The notes under the pieces were generated by a model that was not told the origin of the DNA, searched no databases, and saw nothing but the letters and a program-made list of their open reading frames with translations. Position numbers and translations under genes: made by a program. This document shows, piece after piece, positions 29,266 to 38,483 of a DNA stretch of 64,000 nt. Source of the DNA: an uncultured candidate division Zixibacteria bacterium (lineage in GTDB: Bacteria > Zixibacteria > MSB-5A5 > GN15 > FEB-12); assembly GCA_963664195.1 (NCBI GenBank), contig OY760907.1, forward strand, positions 2,816,001 through 2,880,000, written 5' to 3'. How positions within the stretch are numbered: the first letter of the stretch is position 1; the number at the start of each line of letters is the position of its first letter.

Positions 29266-29802
29266 ATGAAGACCCGTTCGACTACAATCATAGGTTTGAT
29301 ACACAACGGCAAAGCGGCTATCGCCGGCGACGGTCAGGTGACGCTCGACGACACCGTGATGAAAGCGACCGCGCTCAAAATTCGCACCATGTACGATGGC
29401 AAGATTCTCGCCGGGTTCGCCGGGGCGGCTGCCGATGCTCTGGCGTTGTTTGAACTGTTTGAGAAGAAGATCGAAGAGTACGCGGGTAATCTTCCGAAAG
29501 CTTCGGTCGAACTCGCGAAGGAATGGCGGACGGATAAGATGCTGCACCGTCTGGAGGCGGTTATTGTCGTCACGGACGAAGAGCACATCTTTCTGATCTC
29601 AGGTACGGGCGACGTGATCGAGCCGGATGACGGGATAGTCGCGATCGGATCCGGCGGGACCTATGCATTAGCCGCCGCGCGAGCGTTGATCTATGCCAGC
29701 CCGAAAATGTCGGCGGAGAAGATCGCGCGCAAGTCGATGGAGATTGCCGCGGACATCTGCGTCTACACCAACAAGAACATCAATGTGGAAACGATAAAAT
29801 GA
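29266..29802 (+). CDS. hslV: ATP-dependent protease peptidase subunit HslV
   Basis: [32 protein letters not shown]. Confidence 0.96.
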   Translation: MKTRSTTIIGLIHNGKAAIAGDGQVTLDDTVMKATALKIRTMYDGKILAGFAGAAADALALFELFEKKIEEYAGNLPKASVELAKEWRTDKMLHRLEAVIVVTDEEHIFLISGTGDVIEPDDGIVAIGSGGTYALAAARALIYASPKMSAEKIARKSMEIAADICVYTNKNINVETIK

Positions 29803-31163
29803 AAGATACTTACCTCAAGCCGAGCGAGATCGTCGAGCACCTGGACAAGTTCATCATCGGGCAGGCCGATGCCAAGAAGTCTGTGGCGATTGCGCTTCGT
29901 AATCGCTGGCGTCGCCAGAACGCGCCGGAGGATATCCGCGGCGAGATTATGCCGAACAACATTATTATGATCGGTCCGACCGGTGTGGGGAAGACCGAGA
30001 TCGCCCGCCGATTGGCTGATCTTGCCAGTGCGCCGTTCATCAAGGTCGAGGCCTCGAAGTTCACCGAAGTCGGATACGTCGGCCGCGATGTCGAGTCGAT
30101 GATACGCGATCTGACGGATATTTCGGTGAATATGGTCAGGCTGGAAATGTCCCGGGACCTCGACGAACAGGCGGAAAAAGCCACAACTGAAAGATTGCTG
30201 GACCTTCTCGTCGGCCCGGTCACCAAAGCTCCGGCGGTGTCAGTCGTTGCAGCCGAGGGAGAGGCTGAACCTGAGAAGGCCGACACTACTACGCGGACGA
30301 GAGACAAATTTCGCAAGATGCTTGCGGACGGCAAGCTGGATCATCGCGAGGTTGACATTGACGCCCCGCAGAAGAATTTCCCGGTTGTCGAAGTGTTCTC
30401 GCCGATGGGCATGGAAGAGCTGGGTGTGAATTTCCAGGAGATGCTCTCCGGTCTGATGCCAAAGAAAACCAAACGCCGCAAGATGAGTATCAAGGACGCC
30501 CGTCGGCTCATCCACGGCGAAGAGCTGGCCAAGCTGGTGAATATGGATGACGTTATAGGCGAGGCGCTTGAGCGCGTGCAGGAGTCGGGCATCGTGTTTG
30601 TCGACGAGATCGACAAGATAGCGGGCGGTGATTCCAAAAGCGGTCCGGATGTCAGCCGTGAGGGCGTCCAGCGCGATATCCTGCCGATAGTCGAAGGGTC
30701 GTCGGTGATGACCAAGTATGGCATGGTGCACACCGATCACATTCTGTTTATTGCGGCCGGTGCGTTTCACGGCAGGCATCCGTCGGACTTGATCCCTGAG
30801 TTGCAAGGACGGTTCCCGATTCGCGTTGAGCTTGATTCGCTGACGGCTGAAGATTTTGAACGCATTCTCACGGAACCGCAGACGGCTCTGGTTAAACAGT
30901 ATCAGGCGTTGATGCAGACAGAGAACGTCAAGCTTGAGTTTACTCCGGGCGGGATCAAGCGATTGGCGGAGATCGCCGAAGAGGTCAATGCGCGGGCAGA
31001 GAATATCGGTGCCCGGCGGCTGCATACGGTTATGATGACGCTGCTTGAGGATATCCTCTTTGAGCCTCCCTGTGGAAAGAAAGTCAGCGTTACCAAGAAG
31101 CTGGTCGACAAGCGGCTCGATGCCGTCATTGAGGACGAAGATCTCAGCCGCTACATACTATAG
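29799..31163 (+). CDS. hslU: ATP-dependent protease ATPase subunit HslU
   Basis: [37 protein letters not shown]. Confidence 0.97.
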   Translation: MKDTYLKPSEIVEHLDKFIIGQADAKKSVAIALRNRWRRQNAPEDIRGEIMPNNIIMIGPTGVGKTEIARRLADLASAPFIKVEASKFTEVGYVGRDVESMIRDLTDISVNMVRLEMSRDLDEQAEKATTERLLDLLVGPVTKAPAVSVVAAEGEAEPEKADTTTRTRDKFRKMLADGKLDHREVDIDAPQKNFPVVEVFSPMGMEELGVNFQEMLSGLMPKKTKRRKMSIKDARRLIHGEELAKLVNMDDVIGEALERVQESGIVFVDEIDKIAGGDSKSGPDVSREGVQRDILPIVEGSSVMTKYGMVHTDHILFIAAGAFHGRHPSDLIPELQGRFPIRVELDSLTAEDFERILTEPQTALVKQYQALMQTENVKLEFTPGGIKRLAEIAEEVNARAENIGARRLHTVMMTLLEDILFEPPCGKKVSVTKKLVDKRLDAVIEDEDLSRYIL

Positions 31164-31201
31164 TAGTGTGAGAAAAATCGCCGTAGAATAGAACCCGGCG
31201 G

Positions 31202-31945
31202 TTAGACGGTGTAGACGTGGATATCGCCGATGAAGAAATTGCTGGCGATGTAGAGTTTGGATTCCGCCGTGGCGTATTGTGGGGACTGATTGTTGACTGT
31301 GTTGCCGAAACCGGAGTAGCGCTGTCCCATGAGTTCGGAATCTCCAATGAAATTAGAAGACTGCACAAACACGGCCATATCTGGCGGCACGAGAATTCGG
31401 ACGTCGCCGATGAATCCCGAAATGATCAGGCGATTGAGTCCCGGGGCCAACCGGCCGCCGTGGAGTTTGATCTCAAGGTCGCTGATGAATACGGACACTT
31501 CCATGTTCTGCAGGTCTGTGCCGTTGCAGTCGATGAACATGTCACCGATGAACTTCTCGTATTTCACCTTGCCATATCCCGAATAGCCTGGCCTGTCTCC
31601 CGCTCGAGTGCTGTCGGCAAATGCCTGGGGGCCTCCCGGCGGAGGCGGGGGAGGTGGTGGTGTCGGGCCGGATGAAGTACGCGAGTGGTCGGTCGACCTG
31701 GCCTGTTCGGATGAAGCGGAGGATTGAGCCTTCTGAAAGTCATACTGATAGCTGGGATCAGCCCTGAATTCCGGAGTCTTACGTTTTCGGGCGATGAGCC
31801 AGATACCGATGCCTATCAAACCGAACGGCACTATCAAGCTGCCGACATCACCGGGACTTACATCGATGGCATCAATGCTGTTCAGCCAGATAAAAAGGCC
31901 GAGTACGATCAGCACAAACCCAAATATGATTTTCTTCTTATTCAT
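31202..31945 (-). CDS. LiaF-like membrane protein (DUF2154-type C-terminus)
   Basis: Two N-terminal TMs, Pro-rich linker, repeated FIGD beta motifs (FIGDVRILVP). Confidence 0.7.
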   Translation of the reverse strand: MNKKKIIFGFVLIVLGLFIWLNSIDAIDVSPGDVGSLIVPFGLIGIGIWLIARKRKTPEFRADPSYQYDFQKAQSSASSEQARSTDHSRTSSGPTPPPPPPPPGGPQAFADSTRAGDRPGYSGYGKVKYEKFIGDMFIDCNGTDLQNMEVSVFISDLEIKLHGGRLAPGLNRLIISGFIGDVRILVPPDMAVFVQSSNFIGDSELMGQRYSGFGNTVNNQSPQYATAESKLYIASNFFIGDIHVYTV

Positions 31946-32114
31946 TCCCTGTCGCCAATCTGGTCTAGTTGTCCTATTCCCAGATACGCAATATGTTGGC
32001 CCCGGTTACATTTTGCAACTAATTTGCCCGCAAGTTTTTACGGAAATATGTTGATGGTGTGCAAGGATTGAACAGAGGGGGGGCGCGGCAGAAGGGGAAG
32101 AGGTTGTCCCATAA

Positions 32115-32174
32115 GTAGGTCGAAATCGTTGCGGTTTCGACTTTGACGTCAAAACCGCAGGGGTTTTGACCTAC
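32115..32174. repeat. Inverted REP doublet (REPIN-like)
   Basis: GTAGGTCGAAATCG..CGGTTTCGAC and, inverted, GTAGGTCAAAACC..GGTTTTGAC, 6 nt apart. Confidence 0.75.
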
Positions 32175-32427
32175 TGGGCTGCTCGCTACAAATGCTGCGG
32201 AGTCGCTTACGTTCGCGGGTGTCCTCGCAGGTTTGAATACAGATCTCTGCTACCAATGACAACCGGGCAGCCCATCCCGTGCTCGGGTGGGATGCAAAGG
32301 CGGACTTCACATTCGTCCCCTGCGAAGGCAACTTTCGGCTATCCGTGCTTGACTTAATCCGTCAACTGCTATAAGTTGGCCCGACCCCAGGTCACTTATA
32401 CTATACTACGATCTTAGGAGATATATT

Positions 32428-33333
32428 ATGGCTCGCTCACTTTGTCAGATAACAGACTTAACAACTGAAGAGGTCCACAAAGTATTTGATCTGTGCCGGA
32501 AGATGAAATCCGGGGAGATCGCCCCGAAGCCGCTGGCTGGCAAATCCGCCGCCTGCATCTTCACCAAAGAATCGCTGCGCACCCGAATCTCGTTCGAGGT
32601 AGGGATCAGCGATCTCGGCGGTAATCCCATCTACGTCACCGGCAAAGAGATCAAACTCGGCGAACGCGAGACAGTCGCCGACGCCGCCCGTGTGCTCTCA
32701 CGCTATGTCGGCCTCATTATGATAAGAACATTCAAACAGTCCGATGTCGAAGAACTGGCCAAGTACGCCTCGGTGCCGGTTGTCAACGGTCTGACCGACC
32801 TTGTGCACCCCTGTCAGATCATGGGCGACTACATGACGGCGATGGAGCACCTTGAGAAGAAAGACCGCTTCTCGATCGCCTACCTTGGCGACGGCAACAA
32901 CATCACCAACAGCTGGCTCAACCTGGCCTCGCTGATCCCGATCGACCTGCGCATCGGAACCGCCTCGGAAACTCCGCCGAACGCCGACTTGCTGAAGAAA
33001 GCCCAGGGCAACCCGGACAGCAAGATCACTCTGACGGAAGACCCGAAGGAAGCCGCCGCCGGAGCCGACGTGCTCTACACGGACGTCTGGGCTTCGATGG
33101 GGGAGAAGCACCTGGCCGACGAAAAGGCTGCGAAGCTTAAGGCGTACCAGCTCAACATGGGTTTGCTGAAGCTGGCCGACCCGAAGGCAATCGTCATGCA
33201 CTGCCTCCCGGCGGAGCGTGGCCGCGAGATCACTGACGAGGTGATCGACAGCCCGCAGTCAGTAGTCTTCGACGAGGCCGAAAACCGGCTTCACATCCAG
33301 AAGGCGATCATGGCCTTCCTGCTCGACCAGTAG
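32428..33333 (+). CDS. argF: Ornithine carbamoyltransferase
   Basis: SLRTR, HPCQ, GDGNN, DVWASMG, HCLPA.RG.E, AENRLH. Confidence 0.92.
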   Translation: MARSLCQITDLTTEEVHKVFDLCRKMKSGEIAPKPLAGKSAACIFTKESLRTRISFEVGISDLGGNPIYVTGKEIKLGERETVADAARVLSRYVGLIMIRTFKQSDVEELAKYASVPVVNGLTDLVHPCQIMGDYMTAMEHLEKKDRFSIAYLGDGNNITNSWLNLASLIPIDLRIGTASETPPNADLLKKAQGNPDSKITLTEDPKEAAAGADVLYTDVWASMGEKHLADEKAAKLKAYQLNMGLLKLADPKAIVMHCLPAERGREITDEVIDSPQSVVFDEAENRLHIQKAIMAFLLDQ

Positions 33334-33359
33334 GAACGCGACTGAACATGACCCATCCG

Positions 33360-33387
33360 AAAGCCCGCCGCCCGGCGGGCTTTCTTT
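33360..33387 (+). terminator. Intrinsic terminator after argF
   Basis: AAAGCCCGCC/GGCGGGCTTT stem followed by CTTT. Confidence 0.75.
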
Positions 33388-33404
33388 GTGAGGGGAGGCA
33401 GCCT

Positions 33405-33468
33405 CCGGTGGCCCATTCGTGCCTCGGGTGGGATATCGTTGTGGGCGGCAGACGCCCTCGTCTGCCCC
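33405..33468. repeat. Two adjacent REP-like units (degenerate family A, family B)
   Basis: CCGGTGGCCCATTCGTGCCTCGGGTGGG matches family A; 33439-33468 is an exact inverted copy of 36843-36872. Confidence 0.75.
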
Positions 33469-33519
33469 TTCCTCGACTCGATCCCTGTGTGACTTTCGGC
33501 GATGAGTGCACGTTTGTCC

Positions 33520-33548
33520 TTGACATTGTGGAGTAGCGCGGTTATGTT
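33520..33548 (+). promoter_or_regulatory. Sigma70 promoter
   Basis: TTGACA-N17-TATGTT. Confidence 0.6.
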
Positions 33549-33698
33549 AAGTGGAGTTGGCCCGATAGTCGTAAGGGTCGGCGGAGTCTCACACGGCTCT
33601 TCTCCTGCGGGGGGGAGTGGCACTCAATTGATAGTACATCGCGTACTGTGCGGTAATGGCCCGACCGTCTGCGATACGTTTTGGTTGTATAAGGTAGT

Positions 33699-34730
33699 AT
33701 GAACATCTTGAAAAACATCCTGTTCGGTTTGGTGCTTCTGTTGGGTATTGTCGGGAGTAGTACCTTTGCCGGAGGTGGCAACGCCGATTTCACGGGTACA
33801 GCCGAAGGCATGAGCGTTGCTGAGTTTGTTTCAGCGTACTACGACGTTTATGTGATTGACACGTCGGGGGCTGAGCCGACGGTGCAGGCCATCATCGCAA
33901 CAAACGGTGACTTCTCAGAGTTGGAGGCGATGGGGGTCAGCACCAATGGGACTGTCTTTGACACTGTGTACGCGCACTTGCCAATCCATTTGATCGATTC
34001 CGTACGTCAACTTCCTTCTGTAATACGGCTTAGATTTTTGACATGGGACGAACGCATCAAGGGAACGTACTTGAGCGGCCATACATCCTGTGCCATTGAT
34101 ACAACAGGTGCAGAACCAATGATCGATGTAACCATCAGAACCACCACAGGTGACTTGTCAGAGTTGCAGGCCATGGGCATAGGAACAGGCGCAGCACTCA
34201 CCAATCGTAGTGGGGGCAAGACGATTCCAACCAGGATTCCCATTCGCCGCATGGGAGAGATTGCCGCTCTCCCTTCGGTGAAATCTGTAGCGCCGGCGGG
34301 GACAATCCCATCGCCTGGGATCAAGTTCTATCAAGAGAACTACTGCGCTATTGAGGGCCAAGTCCGCGGTCTGCCTCCCGGGGCGAGATACGGGCTGGGA
34401 GTCAATCTGGTCAAGTCGGAGGAAAGCTATAAGAACTGGTTCAGAACGGACGACGATGGAACGTTTGTCATCAACTCCCTTGATTCCGGCCTTTACACCT
34501 GTACCTTTCGGTTGTTAGTCCCTCTGAGTGTGACAGACGAGCAGACTGGAGACCGCTCAGCCGATAGGACTCTGTGTGATTCGGTTGTCATCGAGGACAT
34601 TCTTGTTCCCGAGGATGGGGCCGCCAAGAATGTGATTGTCGACTTCGGACCGCGATCAAACAGTGATTCGGACGCGCCCGGAGGGAACGATTGTGACCCC
34701 TGCAGGACTACATGGAAGGAGGTGCCCTGA
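33699..34730 (+). CDS. Secreted hypothetical protein with two internal repeats and a C-terminal beta-sandwich-like domain
   Basis: Signal peptide; IDTSGAEP..GDFSELEAMGV and IDTTGAEP..GDLSELQAMGI repeats; IEGQV..TDDDGTFVI..L.SG.Y pattern. Confidence 0.7.
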   Translation: MNILKNILFGLVLLLGIVGSSTFAGGGNADFTGTAEGMSVAEFVSAYYDVYVIDTSGAEPTVQAIIATNGDFSELEAMGVSTNGTVFDTVYAHLPIHLIDSVRQLPSVIRLRFLTWDERIKGTYLSGHTSCAIDTTGAEPMIDVTIRTTTGDLSELQAMGIGTGAALTNRSGGKTIPTRIPIRRMGEIAALPSVKSVAPAGTIPSPGIKFYQENYCAIEGQVRGLPPGARYGLGVNLVKSEESYKNWFRTDDDGTFVINSLDSGLYTCTFRLLVPLSVTDEQTGDRSADRTLCDSVVIEDILVPEDGAAKNVIVDFGPRSNSDSDAPGGNDCDPCRTTWKEVP

Positions 34731-34827
34731 GACATCAAGTGAAACTCAGTATGGCGATTTGGCTCGCTTATGCAGTCTGTTGCCACATCGCTAGTCAGGG
34801 GGGACAACAGAGTACTCTCAGTCATGC

Positions 34828-35466
34828 CCGGTGGCCCAACCCGTGCCTCGGGTGGGGTCACAAGTCCAACAACAATCTACAGCGTCAGACGATCAATCTC
34901 CAGCACAATCCTCCCCTCGCCCTGATACCAGTTGTAGCTTGACCACGGCCAATCCGAAGGATGAGCCGCCAGTCCTCGTCGCACCGGATTCTTGTGACAA
35001 TACGCAATCTTCTCGCGAACATCCTCAGGCGTACGGCAATTGTGATCGTAGCACCGTCGCTGCCACAAAGCGCGACGACCGTCACTACGGAGCAAGACCT
35101 TATCCCTGAAAGCGGGGGCATTCAGAATCGCACGCGATGTCCAGGCCTTGAAGCGCCCGATTGCGTCGCCGAGATCGCATTGATCTGGCGGCCGCAGAAC
35201 AAGGCGAACGTGTTCCGGCATCAGTACCCAGCCGAAAACTCGGATGTGTCGATAGGTGCGGAGATGGGTCAGTCCCTCAAGCAGTATTGTTCTGGAGAGA
35301 AGTGTTGTCAGGTATCGGTATCGGCGATAGCAGGTGAAGGTGATGAATCGGGCGGTGCCGAGGTTGTCGAAATGTCGCAGTTTGGGCATGTTGCAGCATA
35401 GCGGGGCTGAGTGACAGGGCGTGTCAGTCATTTGTGCCCCACCCGAGGCACGGGTTGGGCCACCGG
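34828..35466. mobile_element. RAYT locus bounded by exact 30-nt inverted REP-like repeats
   Basis: CCGGTGGCCCAACCCGTGCCTCGGGTGGGG at 34828-34857 and inverted at 35437-35466. Confidence 0.75.
34877..35389 (-). CDS. REP-associated tyrosine transposase (Y1/HUH, IS200-related), HUH motif altered to H-V-R
   Basis: FITFTCYRR, GWVLMPEHVRL, LWQRRCYDH, YCHKNPVRRGL..P.DWPWSSY. Confidence 0.85.
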   Translation of the reverse strand: MPKLRHFDNLGTARFITFTCYRRYRYLTTLLSRTILLEGLTHLRTYRHIRVFGWVLMPEHVRLVLRPPDQCDLGDAIGRFKAWTSRAILNAPAFRDKVLLRSDGRRALWQRRCYDHNCRTPEDVREKIAYCHKNPVRRGLAAHPSDWPWSSYNWYQGEGRIVLEIDRLTL

Positions 35467-35550
35467 ACCCAAGCTGTGGGGCACCGAAACTCCCGATTTC
35501 CAGCCGTCTCCCCGATTGACAAGCCCTCTCCTTTTCCGTATCAACATCAC

Positions 35551-35994
35551 ATGAAAGAGATTGCAAAATACAGTCGTTGCTTCGTTTGCGGGGACCAACA
35601 CGAACACGGCCTTCGGGCCAAGTTTCTCTGGGACGGCGAGAAGGCCGTCACCGAAGTTGTCGCGCTGGATCAGTTCGAGGGGTATCAGGGAATCTACCAC
35701 GGCGGGATCATTTCGACCCTTCTCGATGAGGTCATGATCAAGGCGATCCTCGCGCAGGATATCTTTGCCGTCACCGCCGAGATGACTGTTCGCTACCGTA
35801 AGCCGGTGAACACGGGGGACAAGCTGAGGTTTGTCGGTCGCGTGACCGGGAATCGACGTCGCGTGTACATGACCGAGGGAGAGGCAGTCGGCTCCGACGG
35901 CACCGTGTATGCCTCGGCCACAGGCAAGTACATTCAGGCCGACGAGCAACTTAAAGACCGGTTGATGACCTCGCTCGACGACGGGGAAGAGTGA
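35551..35994 (+). CDS. PaaI-family hotdog thioesterase
   Basis: CFVCG...GL, HGGIISTLLDE, TAEMTVRYRKP. Confidence 0.88.
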   Translation: MKEIAKYSRCFVCGDQHEHGLRAKFLWDGEKAVTEVVALDQFEGYQGIYHGGIISTLLDEVMIKAILAQDIFAVTAEMTVRYRKPVNTGDKLRFVGRVTGNRRRVYMTEGEAVGSDGTVYASATGKYIQADEQLKDRLMTSLDDGEE

Positions 35995-36129
35995 CGCGAG
36001 TGTTACTTTTGGTGTGAAACCTCTGTAACACGTTTCACTGCTGGCGCAGGGTTTGTGGTCTAAGTTGTTGTAGGACAATCGCGTCGTCTTGGCGCTTTGG
36101 GCGGCACTGGAATTGCTGGAGTGAACCGT

Positions 36130-36642
36130 ATGACGAAAAAAGCGGGCCCGGTTGAATGCTATATCCACTCCTGTCCTCAGACCGACATGGAGGATTATCT
36201 CGAAACCAACGGTTTTGCGAAGGGAATGATTCTCTTTGCGATCCCGGGTTACGGGGTTCTATTCAAATGTCGGGCGGTCGGCGATCATCTAGATTTGGAG
36301 TTCGGCGCTTTCTTCTCGCTCCTTCGGTTTATCAAAACCTCGTTGGAAAAGGAGAAGATCAAGTCTGTCCGCGTGCATTCTTCTAATCCTGAATTCGTTT
36401 TCGCCCTGTCCAACGGCAGCAAGCATCTGGCTGAACACCCCGAACGCAAGGAAATGCTGACCAAGGCGCTTCAGTCGGCCAAGGTTGAGGTTTCGTACAT
36501 TCGGCGAGTTGACAACAAGGCGCTTATTTCTCCGGTGGAGTATCCTTCGACCCCGGAAAACCAGACACCGGCGATCAAGCCTTCTCCTGATGAACAAACC
36601 AAGATGCAGTTTAAGCCGATTCAGAAGGGCATCCTCCTCTAG
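36130..36642 (+). CDS. Hypothetical protein with a degenerate RNase H-like pattern
   Basis: LEFGAFFSLL, IKSVRVHSSNPEFV and VSYIRRVDNKAL align by eye to RNase HI motifs. Confidence 0.5.
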   Translation: MTKKAGPVECYIHSCPQTDMEDYLETNGFAKGMILFAIPGYGVLFKCRAVGDHLDLEFGAFFSLLRFIKTSLEKEKIKSVRVHSSNPEFVFALSNGSKHLAEHPERKEMLTKALQSAKVEVSYIRRVDNKALISPVEYPSTPENQTPAIKPSPDEQTKMQFKPIQKGILL

Positions 36643-36700
36643 CCTTCAGGGACCCAGGCCTTCAGTTGCCTGCCCGCTCGATACACACTCTCAATTGTGA

Positions 36701-36731
36701 AGCGCCGTCATTTCTCTGGCGGCGTTTTTTT
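36701..36731 (+). terminator. Intrinsic terminator
   Basis: GCGCCGTCA/TGGCGGCGT stem followed by a T tract. Confidence 0.7.
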
Positions 36732-36773
36732 GTGTGGGAAGCGGAGGTTGACGTCTGCGGTGGGAAAGAAGAT

Positions 36774-36919
36774 GGCAGAACCGCTCCGTGATCTCTGGTT
36801 GGCGGGCAAGTTCATCTATTCGGGTTCTGCCCTACAAGATTTGGGGCAGACGAGGGCGTCTGCCGCCCACAAAATGTCAGGCCAGAGGACAGCCACTCGG
36901 TGGCGTTGGCCTGACCTAC
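36774..36919 (-). repeat. Tandem array of three REP-like hairpins
   Basis: Units end in CTAC (36835), CCAC (36870) and CTAC (36919), i.e. GTAG/GTGG starts on the minus strand, each with its own stem. Confidence 0.7.
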
Positions 36920-37130
36920 GGGGCCTGCTGGTTCGTCGATGAACACCTCCAGAACATAGTCTTTTCGTTGCACATATTGTGAAAGCAGCCCTGTCCTGAT
37001 ACCGCGAAATCCGACCAGCCTATCCCCGGGGATTCATACACGCGCTTTGGATCAGCGCACTGTCCTCCTGTCGTTCAACAACTTAGCATACTATCGGGAT
37101 AAGGGCACGGGGCTTGCTTCAGCCTCATTC

Positions 37131-37946
37131 GTGAGAAACAATATAACAGACAGCGTCAGGGTGGTACGAGTCGATCAGGTCAACTCGTACGAATGGGTCG
37201 ATCAAAACGACACCTCATACCTGGAAAGATCGGCCGACCCGAATGTGGTTCGCCATCCGTTTATGACGGTACAGACGGCCGAGGACAGTTTCCTGCTCCT
37301 TGAAGGTGCCGCGTATTTTCACCATCTTAAAAGCCTGGGGCTTGAGCACGTTCCGGTGCAAATTTGCAGTGAGGACACGGTCGAGTTGAGTTCGGGCCGA
37401 CTGGTGTTGTTTGGTTTTTCTTTGCCGGATTTGACGAGACTCTCGTTGGTTCATCCGGACCAGGTGATAATCGATGAGAATAACCATCCCAGCCCTCCGA
37501 GTTTCGTCAGCGGCAAGATGGAGTTCCCTGATCGGGATCCGATCACGATTCATTTCCGCCACTCCAGTATGTCTGGCTGTCCGACTGCGATGGATTTCCT
37601 TTTCAGGACGATTCTCTCAAAGGGACGGTATCAGAAGGGGCAGAAATCCGGCACGCGTCCGGACACGCCTTTCAGAGTGGATGAGCCGAGTGCCTGGCTG
37701 ACGCTTCCGGCGTTCACGCTGGTTGACATGATCAGCGCTGCCTCTTCGGATAGGTATTTCCCGCCGTCAGTTCTCAACCTGCGGACACCGTTCCGCATCT
37801 TCAATATCGATTTCCCTCTGTCCGTTCTGGAGTCGGACCTGCCGCGCGAGGAGAAGGAAGCCTTCCTCAGAGATCTCATCCTGTTCCGTGAACAGGCCCG
37901 CCGTACGACCTATTTCGAAGGCCCGGTTTACATCCTCAATCGATAA
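37131..37946 (+). CDS. ParB/Srx-fold, SbnI/SerK-like protein with degenerate motifs (start uncertain; ORF open from 37047)
   Basis: N-terminal YE..HPF..FLLLEG..LG...VPVQ; C-terminal FPP..RIFNIDFPLSVL.SD....EK..FL..R..YFEGPV. Confidence 0.5.
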   Translation: MRNNITDSVRVVRVDQVNSYEWVDQNDTSYLERSADPNVVRHPFMTVQTAEDSFLLLEGAAYFHHLKSLGLEHVPVQICSEDTVELSSGRLVLFGFSLPDLTRLSLVHPDQVIIDENNHPSPPSFVSGKMEFPDRDPITIHFRHSSMSGCPTAMDFLFRTILSKGRYQKGQKSGTRPDTPFRVDEPSAWLTLPAFTLVDMISAASSDRYFPPSVLNLRTPFRIFNIDFPLSVLESDLPREEKEAFLRDLILFREQARRTTYFEGPVYILNR

Positions 37947-38167
37947 AAAATAGTTGAATCATACTGCTGTCAGGGCTACACTGAGCCGTGGCAGCAGCGT
38001 GTCTGTTGCAGTGAGCAGGTATCAATGTTGACACCGCAGGGCGGCCTGGTGGCGTTGGTTTCGACCTGCGGACAACAAGACTTCGGTGGTTTGGCGACAA
38101 CAAGAAAACCCCGCGAATGGAATCACGGGGCGGGAAATTTCTCTAATTGGAAAAGCGTACTGAAAAC

Positions 38168-38422
38168 TTATCCGAGCTTCTGGACGAACTTCGTCAGGCG
38201 GGACTTGTTGCGGTCGGCGTTACGTCTGTGGATCAGATGGTAGCCGGCAGCCTTGTCCAGCAGTGCCGTGGCGTCTTTCAGTTTCTTCTGGGCTTCTTCT
38301 TTATTCGTTTCGGTGCGCACCTCTTTTACAGCAGAGCGCAGCTTGGTCCGGAAAGCGCGGTTTCTCAGGCGTTCAGCCTCGGAAGTTTTTACCCGCTTGG
38401 CGCAAGACTTGTGGTTCGGCAA
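38168..38422 (-). CDS. rpsT: 30S ribosomal protein S20 (TTG start)
   Basis: PNHKSCAKR..RN, LDKAA..IH.RNADR.KSRL. Confidence 0.95.
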   Translation of the reverse strand: MPNHKSCAKRVKTSEAERLRNRAFRTKLRSAVKEVRTETNKEEAQKKLKDATALLDKAAGYHLIHRRNADRNKSRLTKFVQKLG

Positions 38423-38483
38423 TTTCTACCCTTTCAGCATGTTATTCACAAATTAGCCTCTAAATATAGTCGGCACTTGAGAT

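Noticed and set aside
32428..33333. SLRT instead of STRT, suggesting an N-acetyl- or N-succinylornithine carbamoyltransferase
   Set aside because: The SMG loop (DVWASMG) and HCLPA.RG.E are those of an ordinary ornithine carbamoyltransferase
35390..35566. N-terminal extension of the RAYT ORF and overlapping ORF 35428-36168
   Set aside because: The extension runs through the REP repeat and the divergent promoter; homology-like sequence begins at MPKLRHF (35389)
32115..36919. Repeats as a CRISPR array
   Set aside because: No regularly spaced direct repeats with spacers and no cas genes; the units are palindromic REP-like elements
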